Source: Eledone cirrhosa
Lineage: Eukaryota
DNA: 64,000 bases
Reading direction: 5' to 3'
NCBI GenBank assembly: GCA_964016885.1
Contig: OZ024743.1
Location: forward strand, 136,214,001-136,278,000
In this document: positions 13,251 through 25,900 of the stretch, one piece after another
Position numbering within the stretch: the first letter of the stretch is position 1
Layout: every line of letters starts with the position of its first letter
Program-made: the position numbers and the translations under genes
The notes under the pieces: generated by a model
The model's database searches: none
The model's input: only the letters and a program-made list of their open reading frames with translations
What the model was told of the DNA's origin: nothing

Positions 13251-13949
13251 TGGTGCTTTGTGCTTGGTGTTTGGTGCTGGGTGTATGGTGTTTGGTGCTT
13301 GGTGCTTGGTGCTTGGTGTTTGGTGTTTGGTGCTTGGTACTTGGTGTTTGGTGTTTGATGCTTGGTGTTTGATGCTTGTTGCTTGGTGCTTGGTGTTTTG
13401 TGATGGTGCTTGGTGTATGTACTTGGTGCTTGGTGATTGGTGTTTGGTGCTTGGTTCTTGGTTTTTGGTGCTTGGTGCTTGGTGCTTGGTGTTTGGTGCT
13501 TGGTGCTTGGTGTTTGGTGCTTGGTGTTTGGTGTTTGGTGCTTGGTGTTTGGTACTTGGTGCTTGGTGCTTGGTGTTAAGTGTTTGGTGCTTGGTGCTTG
13601 GTGTTTGGTGCTTGGTGCTTGGTGCTTGGTGTTTGGTCCATGGTGCTTGGTGTTTGGGGCTTGGTGCCTGGTGCTTTGTGTTTGGTGCTAGGTGCTTGGT
13701 GCTTGGTCTTTGGTGTTTGGTGCTTGGTGCTTGGTGCTTGGTGTTTGGTGCTTGGTGCTTGGTGCTTGGTTATTAGTGTTTGGTGCTTGGTGCTTGGGGT
13801 TTGGTGTTTGGTGCTTGGTGCTTGGTGTTTGGTGTTTGCTGTATGGTGTTTGCTGTTTCGTGTTTGGTGTTTGCTGTTTGGTGTTTAATGCTTGGTGCTT
13901 GGTGCTTGGTGTTTGGTGCTTGGTGCTTGGTGCTTGGTGTTTGGTGTTT

Positions 13950-16900
13950 GGTGTTTGGTGTTTGGTGCTTGCTGTTTGGTGCTTGGTGCTTGGTGTTTGG
14001 TGTTTGGTGTTTGGTGCTTGGTGCTTGGTGGTTGGTGCTTGGTGCTGGGTGTTTGGTGCTAGGTGCTTGGTGTTTGGTGCTTGGTGCTTGGTGCTTGGTG
14101 CTTGGTCTTTGGTGCTTGGTGTTTGGTGTTTGGTGCTTGGTGCTTGGTGTTTGGTGCTTGGGGCTTGGTGTTTGGTGCTTGGTGATTGCTGCTTGGTGTT
14201 TGGTGTTTGGTGCTTGGTGCTTGGTGCTTGGTGATTAGTGTTTGGTGCTTGGTGCTTGGTGCCTTGTGCTTGGTGCTTGGTGCTTGTTGTTTGGTGCTTG
14301 GTGCTTGGTGATTAGTGTTTGGTGCTTGGTGCTTGGTGCCTGGTGCTTGGTGCTTGTTGTTTGGTGCTTGGTGCTTGGTGATTAGTGTTTGGTGCTTGGT
14401 GCTTGGGGCTTGGTGTTTGGTGCTTGGTGCTTGCTGTTTGGTGGTTGCTGTTTAGTGCTTGGTGCTTGGTGCTGGGTGGTTGGTGTTTGGTGCTTGGTGC
14501 TTGGTGTTTGGTGCTTGGTGCTTGGTGCTTGTTGTTTGGTGCTTGGTGCTTGGTCTTTGGTGCTTGGTGTTTGGTGTTTGGTGCTTGGTGCTTGGTGCTT
14601 GGTTTTTGGTGCTTGGTGCTTGGTGCTTGGTGTTTGGTGCTTGGTGCTTGGTGCTTGTTGTTTGGTGCTTGGTGCTTGGTCTTTGGTGCTTGGTGTTTGG
14701 TGTTTGGTGCTTGGTGCTTCGTGTTTGGTTCTTAGTGCCTGGTGCTTGGTGTTTGGTGCTTGGTGCTTGGTGTTTGCTGATTGGTGCTTGGTGCTTGGTG
14801 CTTGGTGCTTAGTGCTTGGTGTTTGGTGCTTGGTGTTTGGTGTTTGGTGTTTGATGCTTGGTTTTTGCTGCTTGGTGCTTGGTGCTTGGTGCTTGGTGTT
14901 CTGTGTTTGGTGCTTGGTGCTTGGTGCCTGGTGCTTGGTGCTTGGTGCTTGTTGTTTGGTGCTTGGTGCTTGGTGATTAGTCTTTGGTGCTTGGTGCTTG
15001 GTGTTTGGTGTTTGGTGTTTCGTGCTTGGTGCTTGGTGTTTGGTGTTTGGTGCTTGGTGTTTGGTGCTTGGTGCTTTGAGCTTGGTGTTTGGTGCTGGGT
15101 GTATGGTGTTTGGTGCTTGGTGCTTGGTGCTTGGTGTTTGGTGTTTGGTGCTTGGTACTTGGTGTTTGGTGTTTGATGCTTGGTGTTTGATGCTTGTTGC
15201 TTGGTTCTTGGTGTTTTGTGTTTGGTGTTTGGTGCTTGGTGTATGTACTTGGTGCTTGGTGCTTGGTGTTTGGTGCTTGGTGTTTGGTGTTTGGTGCTTG
15301 GTGTTTGGTACTTGGTGCTTGGTGCTTGGTGTTTGGTGCTTGGTTCTTGGTGTTTGGTGCTTGGTGCTTGGTGCTTGGTGTTTGGTGCTTGGTACTTGGT
15401 GTTTGGTGCTTGGTGTTTGGTGTTTGGTGCTTGGTGTTTGGTACTTGGTGCTTGGTGCTTGGTGTTAAGTGTTTGGTGCTTGGTGCTTGGTGTTTGGTGC
15501 TTCGTGCTTGGTGCTTGGTGTTTGGTGCATGGTGCTTGGTGTTTGTTGTATGGTGCTTGGTGCTTGGTGTTTGGTCCTTGGTGCTTGCTGTTTGGTGTTT
15601 GGTGTTTGGTGCTTGGTGCTTGGTGTTTGGTGTTTGGTGCTTGGTGCTTGGTGCTTGGTGTTTGGTGCTTGGTGCTTGGTGCTTGGTTATTAGTGTTTGG
15701 TGCTTGGTGCTTGGGGTTTGGTGTTTGGTGCTAGGTGCTTGGTGCTTGGTCTTTGGTGTTTGGTGCTTGGTGCTTGGTGCTTGGTGTTTGGTGCTTGGTG
15801 CTTGGTGCTTGGTTATTAGTGTTTGGTGCTTGGTGCTTGGGGTTTGGTGTTTGGTGCTTGGTGCTTGGTGTTTGGTGTTTGCTTTATGGTGTTTGCTGTT
15901 TCGTGTTTGGTGTTTGGTTTTTGGTGTTTAATGCTTGGTGCTTGGTGTTTGGTGCTTGGTGCTTGGTGCTTGGTTATTAGTGTTTGGTGCTTGGTGCTTG
16001 GTGTTTGGTGCTTAGTGCTTGGTGCTGGGTGTTTGGTGCTTGGTGCTTGGTGTTTGGTGCTTGGTGCTTGATGCTTGGTGCTTGGTGTTTGGTCCTTGGT
16101 GCTTGGTGCTTGGTCTTTGGTGCTTGGGGTTTGGTGTTTGGTGCTTGGTGCTTGGTGTTTGGTGTTTGGTGCTTGCTGCTTGGTGCTTGGTGTTTGGTGC
16201 TTGGTGCTTGGTGATTAGTGTTTGGTGCATGGTGCTTGGTGTTTGTTGTTTGGTGCTTGGTGCTTGGTGTTTGGTGCTTGGTGCTTGCTGTTTGGTGTTT
16301 GGTGTTTGGTGCTTGGTGCTTGGTGTTTGGTGTTTGGTGTTTGGTGTTTGGTGTTTGGTGCTTGGAGCTTGGTGTTTGGTGCTTGGTGTTTGGTGCTTGG
16401 TGTATGTACTTGGTGCTTGGTGCTTGGTGTTTGGTGCTTGGTTCCTGGTGTTTGGTGCTTGGTGCTTTGTACTTGGTGTTTGGTGCTTGGTGCCTGGTCT
16501 TTGGTGCTTGGTGTTTGGTGTTTGGTGCTTGGTGCTTGGTGTTTGGTGCTTGGTGCCTGGTGCTTGGTGATTGGTGCTTGGTGCTTGGTGCTTAGTGCTT
16601 GGTGTTTGGTGTTTGGTGCTTGGTGTTTGGTGTTTGATGCTTGGTGCTTGGTGCTTGGTGCTTGGTGCATGCTGTTCTGTGTTTGGTGCTTGGTGCTTGG
16701 TGCTTGTTGTTTGGTGCTTGGTGCTTGGTGATTAGTCTTTGGTGCTTGGTGCTTGGTATTTGGTGTTTGGTGTTTCGTGCTTGGTGTCTAGTGTTTGGGT
16801 TTTGGTGTTTGGTGCTTGGTGCTTAGTGTTTGGTGTTTGATGCTTGGTGCTTGGTGTTTGGTGTTTGGTGCTTGGTGTTTGGTGCTTGGTGCTTTGTGCT

Positions 16901-19900
16901 TAGTGTTTGGTGCTGGGTGTATGGTGTTTGGTGCTTGGTGCTTGGTGCTTGTTGCTTGGTGCTTGGTGTTTTGTGTTTGGTGTTTGGTGCTTGGTGTATG
17001 TACTTGGTGCTTGGTGCTTGGTGTCTGGTGCTTGGTTCTTGGTGTTTGGTGCTTGGTGCTTGGTGCTTGGTGTTTGGTGCTTGGTGCTTGGTGTTTGGTG
17101 CTTGGTGTTTGGTGTTTGGTGCTTGGTGTTTGGTACTTGGTGCTTGGTGCTTGGTGTTAAGTGTTTGGTGCTTGGTGCTTGGTGTTTGGTGCTTCGTGCT
17201 TGGTGCTTGGTGTTTGGTGCATGGTGCTTGGTGTTTGGGGCTTGGTGCCTGGTGCTTTGTGTTTGGTGCTAGGTGCTTGGTGCTTGGTCTTTGGTGTTTG
17301 GTGCTTAGTACTTGGTGCTTGGTGTTTGGTGCTTGGTGCTTGGTCCTTGGTTATTAGTGTTTGGTGTTTGGTGCTTGGCGCTTGGTGTTTGGTGCTTGGT
17401 GCTTGCTGCTTGGTGCTTGGTGTTTGGTGCTTGGTGCTTGGTGCTTGGTGTTTGGTGCTTGGTGTTCGGTGCTTGGTGCTTGGTGCTTGGTGCTTGGTGT
17501 TAGGTGTTTGGTGCTTGGTGCTTGGTGTTTGATGTTTGGTCCTTGGTGCTTGGTGTTTGGTGCTTGGTGCTTGGTGTTTGGTGTTTGGTGCTTGCTGCTT
17601 GGTGCTTGGTGCTTGTTGTTTGGTGCTTGGTGCTTGGTCTTTGGTGCTTGGTGTTTGGTGTTTGGTGCTTGGTGCTTGGTGCTTGGTTTTTGGTGCATGG
17701 TGCTTGGTGCTTGGTGTTTGGTGCTTGGTGCTTGGTGCTTGGTGCTTGCTGTTTGGTGTTTGGCGTTTGGTGCTTGGTGCTTGGTGTTTGGTGTTTGGTG
17801 TTTGGTGTTTGGTGTTTGGTGCTTGGTGCTTGGTGTTTGGTGCTTGGTGTTTGGTGCTTGGTGTATGTACTTGGTGCTTGGTGCTTGGTGTTTGGTGCTT
17901 GGTTCTTGGTGTTTGGTGCTTGGTGCTTTGTACTTGGTGTTTGGTGCTTGGTGCTTGGTCTTTGGTGCTTGGTGTTTGGTGTTTGGTGCTTGGTGCTTGG
18001 TGTTTGGTGCTTGGTGCCTGGTGCTTGGTGTTTGGTGCTTGGTGCTTGGTGTTTGGTGATTGGTGCTTGGTGCTTGGTGCTTAGTGCTTGGTGTTTGGTG
18101 TTTGGTGCTTGGTGTTTGGTGTTTGATGCTTGGTGCTTGGTGCTTGGTGCTTGGTGCATGGTGTTCTGTGTTTGGTGCTTGGTGCTTGGTGCTTGTTGTT
18201 TGGTGCTTGGTGATTAGTCTTTGGTGCTTGGTGCTTGGTATTTGGTGTTTGGTGTTTCGTGCTTGGTGTCTAGTGTTTGGGTTTTGGTGTTTGGTGCTTG
18301 GTGCTTAGTGTTTGGTGTTTGGTGCTTGGTGCTTGGTGTTTGGTGTTTGGTGCTTGGTGTTTGGTGCTTGGTGCTTTGTGCTTAGTGTTTGGTGCTGGGT
18401 GTATGGTGTTTGGTGCTTGGTGCTTGGTGCTTGGTGTTTGTTGTTTGGTGCTTGGTACTTGGTGTTTGGTGTTTGATGCTTGGTGTTTGATGCTTGTTGC
18501 TTGGTGCTTGGTGTTTTGTGTTTGGTGTTTGGTGCTTGGTGTATGTACTTGGTGCTTGGTGCTTGGTGTTTGGTGCTTGGTTCTAGGTGTTTGGTGCTTG
18601 GTGCTTGGTGCTTGGTGTTTGGTGCTTGGTGCTTGGTGTTTGGTGCTTGGTGTTTGGTGTTTGGTGCTTGGTGTTTGGTACTTGGTGCTTGGTGCTTGGT
18701 GTTAAGTGTTTGGTGCTTGGTGCTTGGTGTTTGGTGCTTCGTGCTTGGTGCTTGGTGTTTGGTGCATGGTGCTTGGTGTTTGGGGTTTGGTGCCTGGTGC
18801 TTTGTGTTTGGTGCTAGGTGCTTGGTGCTTGGTCTTTGGTGTTTGGTGCTTAGTACTTGGTGCTTGGTGTTTGGTGCTTGGTGCTTGGTGCTTGGTTATT
18901 AGTGTTTGGTGTTTGGTGCTTGGCGCTTGGTGTTTGGTGCTTGGTGCTTGCTGCTTGGTGCTTGGTGTTTGGTGCTTGGTGCTTGGTGCTTGGTGTTTGG
19001 TGCTTGGTGTTCGGTGCTTGGTGCTTGGTGCTTGGTGCTTGGTGTTAGGTGTTTGGTGCTTGGTGCTTGGTGTTTGATGTTTGGTCCTTGGTGCTTGGTG
19101 TTTGGTGCTTGGTGCTTGGTGTTTGGTGTTTGGTGCTTGCTGCTTGGTGCTTGGTGCTTGTTGTTTGGTGCTTGGTGCTTGGTCTTTGGTGCTTGGTGTT
19201 TGGTGTTTGGTGCTTGGTGCTTGGTGCTTGGTTTTTGGTGCATGGTGCTTGGTGCTTGGTGTTTGGTGCTTGGTGCTTGGTGCTTGTTGTTTGGTGCTTG
19301 GTGCTTGGTCTTTGGTGCTTGGTGTTTGGTGTTTGGGGCTTGGTGCTTGGTGTTTGGTGCTTGGTGCCTGGTGCTTGGTGTTTGGTGCTTGGTGCTTGGT
19401 GTTTGGTGATTGGTGCTTGGTGCTTGGTGCTTAGTGCTTGGTGTTTGGTGTTTGGTGCTTGGTGTTTGGTGTTTGATGCTTGGTGCTTGGTGCTTGGTGC
19501 TTGGTGCTTGGTGTTCTGTGTTTGGTGCTTGGTGCTTGGTGCTTGTTGTTTGGTGCTTGGTGCTTGGTGATTAGTCTTTGGTGCTTGGTGCATGGTATTT
19601 GGTGTTTGGTGTTTCGTGATTGGGGTCTAGTGTTTGGGTTTTGGTGTTTGGTGCTTGGTGCTTAGTGTTTGGTGTTTGGTGCTTGGTGCTTGGTGTTTGG
19701 TGTTTGGTGTTTGGTGCTTGGTGCTTGGTGCTTTGTGCTTAGTGTTTGGTGCTGGGTGTATGGTGTTTGGTGCTTGGTGCTTGGTGCTTGGTGTTTGGTG
19801 TTTGGTGCTTGGTGTTTGGTACTTGGTGCTTGGTGCTTGGTGTTAAGTGTTTGGTGCTTGGTGCTTGGTGTTTGGTGCTTCGTGCTTGGTGCTTGGTGTT

Positions 19901-22900
19901 TGGTGCATGGTGCTTGGTGTTTGGGGCTTGGTGCCTGGTGCTTTCTGTTTGGTGCTAGGTGCTTGGTGCTTGGTCTTTGGTGTTTGGTGCTTGGTGCTTG
20001 GTGCTTGGTGTTTGGTGCTTGGTGCTTGGTGCTTGGTTATTAGTGTTTGGTGCTTGGTGCTTGGGGTTTGGTGTTTGGTGCTTGGTGCTTGGTGTTTGGT
20101 GTTTGCTGTATGGTGTTTGCTGTTTCGTGTTTGGTGTTTGGTGTTTGGTGTTTAATGCTTGGTGCTTGGTGTTTGGTGCTTGGTGCTTGGTGCTTGGTTA
20201 TTAGTGTTTGGTGCTTGGTGCTTGGTGTTTGGTGCTTAGTGCTTGGTGCTGGGTGTTTGGTGCTTGGTGCTTGGTGTTTGGTGCTTGGTGCTTGATGCTT
20301 GGTGCTTGGTGTTTGGTCCTTGGTGCTTGGTGCTTGGTCTTTGGTGCTTGGGGTTTGGTGTTTGGTGCTTGGTGCTTGGTGTTTGGTGTTTGGTGCTTGC
20401 TGCTTGGTGCTTGGTGTTTGGTGCTTGGTGCTTGGTGATTAGTGTTTGGTGCATGGTGCTTGGTGTTTGTTGTTTGGTGCTTGGTGCTTGGTGTTTGGTG
20501 CTTGGTGCTTGCTGTTTGGTGTTTGGTGTTTGGTGCTTGGTGCTTGGTGTTTGGTGTTTGGTGTTTGGTGTTTGGTGTTTGGTGCTTGCTGTTTGGTGCT
20601 TGGTGCTTGGTGTTTGGTGTTTGGTGTTTGGTGCTTGGTGCTTGGTGGTTGGTGCTTGGTGCTGGGTGTTTGGTGCTAGGTGCTTGGTGTTTGGTGCTTG
20701 GTGCTTGGTGCTTGGTGCTTGGTCTTTGGTGCTTGGTGTTTGGTGTTTGGTGCTTGGTGCTTGGTGTTTGGTGCTTGGGGCTTGGTGTTTGGTGCTTGGT
20801 GATTGCTGCTTGGTGTTTGGTGTTTGGTGCTTGGTGCTTGGTGCTTGGTGATTAGTGTTTGGTGCTTGGTGCTTGGTGCCTTGTGCTTGGTGCTTGGTGC
20901 TTGTTGTTTGGTGCTTGGTGCTTGGTGATTAGTGTTTGGTGCTTGGTGCTTGGTGCCTGGTGCTTGGTGCTTGTTGTTTGGTGCTTGGTGCTTGGTGATT
21001 AGTGTTTGGTGCTTGGTGCTTGGGGCTTGGTGTTTGGTGCTTGGTGCTTGCTGTTTGGTGGTTGCTGTTTAGTGCTTGGTGCTTGGTGCTGGGTGGTTGG
21101 TGTTTGGTGCTTGGTGCTTGGTGTTTGGTGCTTGGTGCTTGGTGCTTGTTGTTTGGTGCTTGGTGCTTGGTCTTTGGTGCTTGGTGTTTGGTGTTTGGTG
21201 CTTGGTGCTTGGTGCTTGGTTTTTGGTGCTTGGTGCTTGGTGCTTGGTGTTTGGTGCTTGGTGCTTGGTGCTTGTTGTTTGGTGCTTGGTGCTTGGTCTT
21301 TGGTGCTTGGTGTTTGGTGTTTGGTGCTTGGTGCTTCGTGTTTGGTTCTTAGTGCCTGGTGCTTGGTGTTTGGTGTTTGGTGCTTGGTGCTTGGTGTTTG
21401 CTGATTGGTGCTTGGTGCTTGGTGCTTGGTGCTTAGTGCTTGGTGTTTGGTGCTTGGTGTTTGGTGTTTGGTGTTTGATGCTTGGTTTTTGCTGCTTGGT
21501 GCTTGGTGCTTGGTGCTTGGTGTTCTGTGTTTGGTGCTTGGTGCTTGGTGCCTGGTGCTTGGTGCTTGGTGCTTGTTGTTTGGTGCTTGGTGCTTGGTGA
21601 TTAGTCTTTGGTGCTTGGTGCTTGGTGTTTGGTGTTTGGTGTTTCGTGCTTGGTGCTTGGTGTTTGGTGTTTGGTGCTTGGTGTTTGGTGCTTGGTGCTT
21701 TGAGCTTGGTGTTTGGTGCTGGGTGTATGGTGTTTGGTGCTTGGTGCTTGGTGCTTGGTGTTTGGTGTTTGGTGCTTGGTACTTGGTGTTTGGTGTTTGA
21801 TGCTTGGTGTTTGATGCTTGTTGCTTGGTGCTTGGTGTTTTGTGTTTGGTGTTTGGTGCTTGGTGTATGTACTTGGTGCTTGGTGCTTGGTGTTTGGTGC
21901 TTGGTGTTTGGTGTTTGGTGCTTGGTGTTTGGTACTTGGTGCTTGGTGCTTGGTGTTTGGTGCTTGGTTCTTGGTGTTTGGTGCTTGGTGCTTGGTGCTT
22001 GGTGTTTGGTGCTTGGTACTTGGTGTTTGGTGCTTGGTGTTTGGTGTTTGGTGCTTGGTGTTTGGTACTTGGTGCTTGGTGCTTGGTGTTAAGTGTTTGG
22101 TGCTTGGTGCTTGGTGTTTGGTGCTTCGTGCTTGGTGCTTGGTGTTTGGTGCATGGTGCTTGGTGTTTGTTGTATGGTGCTTGGTGCTTGGTGTTTGGTG
22201 CTTGGTGCTTGCTGTTTGGTGTTTGGTGTTTGGTGCTTGGTGCTTGGTGTTTGGTGTTTGGTGCTTGGTGCTTGGTGCTTGGTGTTTGGTGCTTGGTGCT
22301 TGGTGCTTGGTTATTAGTGTTTGGTGCTTGGTGCTTGGGGTTTGGTGTTTGGTGCTAGGTGCTTGGTGCTTGGTCTTTGGTGTTTGGTGCTTGGTGCTTG
22401 GTGCTTGGTGTTTGGTGCTTGGTGCTTGGTGCTTGGTTATTAGTGTTTGGTGCTTGGTGCTTGGGGTTTGGTGTTTGGTGCTTGGTGCTTGGTGTTTGGT
22501 GTTTGCTTTATGGTGTTTGCTGTTTCGTGTTTGGTGTTTGGTGTTTGGTGTTTAATGCTTGGTGCTTGGTGTTTGGTGCTTGGTGCTTGGTGCTTGGTTA
22601 TTAGTGTTTGGTGCTTGGTGCTTGGTGTTTGGTGCTTAGTGCTTGGTGCTGGGTGTTTGGTGCTTGGTGCTTGGTGTTTGGTGCTTGGTGCTTGATGCTT
22701 GGTGCTTGGTGTTTGGTCCTTGGTGCTTGGTGCTTGGTCTTTGGTGCTTGGGGTTTGGTGTTTGGTGCTTGGTGCTTGGTGTTTGGTGTTTGGTGCTTGC
22801 TGCTTGGTGCTTGGTGTTTGGTGCTTGGTGCTTGGTGATTAGTGTTTGGTGCATGGTGCTTGGTGTTTGTTGTTTGGTGCTTGGTGCTTGGTGTTTGGTG

Positions 22901-25900
22901 CTTGGTGCTTGCTGTTTGGTGTTTGGTGTTTGGTGCTTGGTGCTTGGTGTTTGGTGTTTGGTGTTTGGTGTTTGGTGTTTGGTGCTTGGAGCTTGGTGTT
23001 TGGTGCTTGGTGTTTGGTGCTTGGTGTATGTACTTGGTGCTTGGTGCTTGGTGTTTGGTGCTTGGTTCCTGGTGTTTGGTGCTTGGTGCTTTGTACTTGG
23101 TGTTTGGTGCTTGGTGCCTGGTCTTTGGTGCTTGGTGTTTGGTGTTTGGTGCTTGGTGCTTGGTGTTTGGTGCTTGGTGCCTGGTGCTTGGTGTTTGGTG
23201 CTTGGTGCTTGGTGTTTGGTGATTGGTGCTTGGTGCTTGGTGCTTAGTGCTTGGTGTTTGGTGTTTGGTGCTTGGTGTTTGGTGTTTGATGCTTGGTGCT
23301 TGGTGCTTGGTGCTTGGTGCATGCTGTTCTGTGTTTGGTGCTTGGTGCTTGGTGCTTGTTGTTTGGTGCTTGGTGCTTGGTGATTAGTCTTTGGTGCTTG
23401 GTGCTTGGTATTTGGTGTTTGGTGTTTCGTGCTTGGTGTCTAGTGTTTGGGTTTTGGTGTTTGGTGCTTGGTGCTTAGTGTTTGGTGTTTGATGCTTGGT
23501 GCTTGGTGTTTGGTGTTTGGTGCTTGGTGTTTGGTGCTTGGTGCTTTGTGCTTAGTGTTTGGTGCTGGGTGTATGGTGTTTGGTGCTTGGTGCTTGGTGC
23601 TTGTTGCTTGGTGCTTGGTGTTTTGTGTTTGGTGTTTGGTGCTTGGTGTATGTACTTGGTGCTTGGTGCTTGGTGTTTGGTGCTTGGTTCTTGGTGTTTG
23701 GTGCTTGGTGCTTGGTGCTTGGTGTTTGGTGTTTGGTGCTTGGTGTTTGGTACTTGGTGCTTGGTGCTTGGTGTTAAGTGTTTGGTGCTTGGTGCTTGGT
23801 GTTTGGTGCTTCGTGCTTGGTGCTTGGTGTTTGGTGCATGGTGCTTGGTGTTTGGGGCTTGGTGCCTGGTGCTTTGTGTTTGGTGCTAGGTGCTTGGTGC
23901 TTGGTCTTTGGTGTTTGGTGCTTAGTACTTGGTGCTTGGTGTTTGGTGCTTGGTGCTTGGTCCTTGGTTATTAGTGTTTGGTGTTTGGTGCTTGGCGCTT
24001 GGTGTTTGGTGCTTGGTGCTTGCTGCTTGGTGCTTGGTGTTTGGTGCTTGGTGCTTGGTGCTTGGTGTTTGGTGCTTGGTGTTCGGTGCTTGGTGCTTGG
24101 TGCTTGGTGCTTGGTGTTAGGTGTTTGGTGCTTGGTGCTTGGTGTTTGATGTTTGGTCCTTGGTGCTTGGTGTTTGGTGCTTGGTGCTTGGTGTTTGGTG
24201 TTTGGTGCTTGCTGCTTGGTGCTTGGTGCTTGTTGTTTGGTGCTTGGTGCTTGGTCTTTGGTGCTTGGTGTTTGGTGTTTGGTGCTTGGTGCTTGGTGCT
24301 TGGTTTTTGGTGCATGGTGCTTGGTGCTTGGTGTTTGGTGCTTGGTGCTTGGTGCTTGGTGCTTGCTGTTTGGTGTTTGGCGTTTGGTGCTTGGTGCTTG
24401 GTGTTTGGTGTTTGGTGTTTGGTGTTTGGTGTTTGGTGCTTGGTGCTTGGTGTTTGGTGCTTGGTGTTTGGTGCTTGGTGTATGTACTTGGTGCTTGGTG
24501 CTTGGTGTTTGGTGCTTGGTTCTTGGTGTTTGGTGCTTGGTGCTTTGTACTTGGTGTTTGGTGCTTGGTGCTTGGTCTTTGGTGCTTGGTGTTTGGTGTT
24601 TGGTGCTTGGTGCTTGGTGTTTGGTGCTTGGTGCCTGGTGCTTGGTGTTTGGTGCTTGGTGCTTGGTGTTTGGTGATTGGTGCTTGGTGCTTGGTGCTTA
24701 GTGCTTGGTGTTTGGTGTTTGGTGCTTGGTGTTTGGTGTTTGATGCTTGGTGCTTGGTGCTTGGTGCTTGGTGCATGGTGTTCTGTGTTTGGTGCTTGGT
24801 GCTTGGTGCTTGTTGTTTGGTGCTTGGTGCTTGGTGATTAGTCTTTGGTGCTTGGTGCTTGGTATTTGGTGTTTGGTGTTTCGTGCTTGGTGTCTAGTGT
24901 TTGGGTTTTGGTGTTTGGTGCTTGGTGCTTAGTGTTTGGTGTTTGGTGCTTGGTGCTTGGTGTTTGGTGTTTGGTGCTTGGTGTTTGGTGCTTGGTGCTT
25001 TGTGCTTAGTGTTTGGTGCTGGGTGTATGGTGTTTGGTGCTTGGTGCTTGGTGCTTGGTGTTTGTTGTTTGGTGCTTGGTACTTGGTGTTTGGTGTTTGA
25101 TGCTTGGTGTTTGATGCTTGTTGCTTGGTGCTTGGTGTTTTGTGTTTGGTGTTTGGTGCTTGGTGTATGTACTTGGTGCTTGGTGCTTGGTGTTTGGTGC
25201 TTGGTTCTAGGTGTTTGGTGCTTGGTGCTTGGTGCTTGGTGTTTGGTGCTTGGTGCTTGGTGTTTGGTGCTTGGTGTTTGGTGTTTGGTGCTTGGTGTTT
25301 GGTACTTGGTGCTTGGTGCTTGGTGTTAAGTGTTTGGTGCTTGGTGCTTGGTGTTTGGTGCTTCGTGCTTGGTGCTTGGTGTTTGGTGCATGGTGCTTGG
25401 TGTTTGGGGCTTGGTGCCTGGTGCTTTGTGTTTGGTGCTAGGTGCTTGGTGCTTGGTCTTTGGTGTTTGGTGCTTAGTACTTGGTGCTTGGTGTTTGGTG
25501 CTTGGTGCTTGGTGCTTGGTTATTAGTGTTTGGTGTTTGGTGCTTGGCGCTTGGTGTTTGGTGCTTGGTGCTTGCTGCTTGGTGCTTGGTGTTTGGTGCT
25601 TGGTGCTTGGTGCTTGGTGTTTGGTGCTTGGTGTTCGGTGCTTGGTGCTTGGTGCTTGGTGCTTGGTGTTAGGTGTTTGGTGCTTGGTGCTTGGTGTTTG
25701 ATGTTTGGTCCTTGGTGCTTGGTGTTTGGTGCTTGGTGCTTGGTGTTTGGTGTTTGGTGCTTGCTGCTTGGTGCTTGGTGCTTGTTGTTTGGTGCTTGGT
25801 GCTTGGTCTTTGGTGCTTGGTGTTTGGTGTTTGGTGCTTGGTGCTTGGTGCTTGGTTTTTGGTGCATGGTGCTTGGTGCTTGGTGTTTGGTGCTTGGTGC

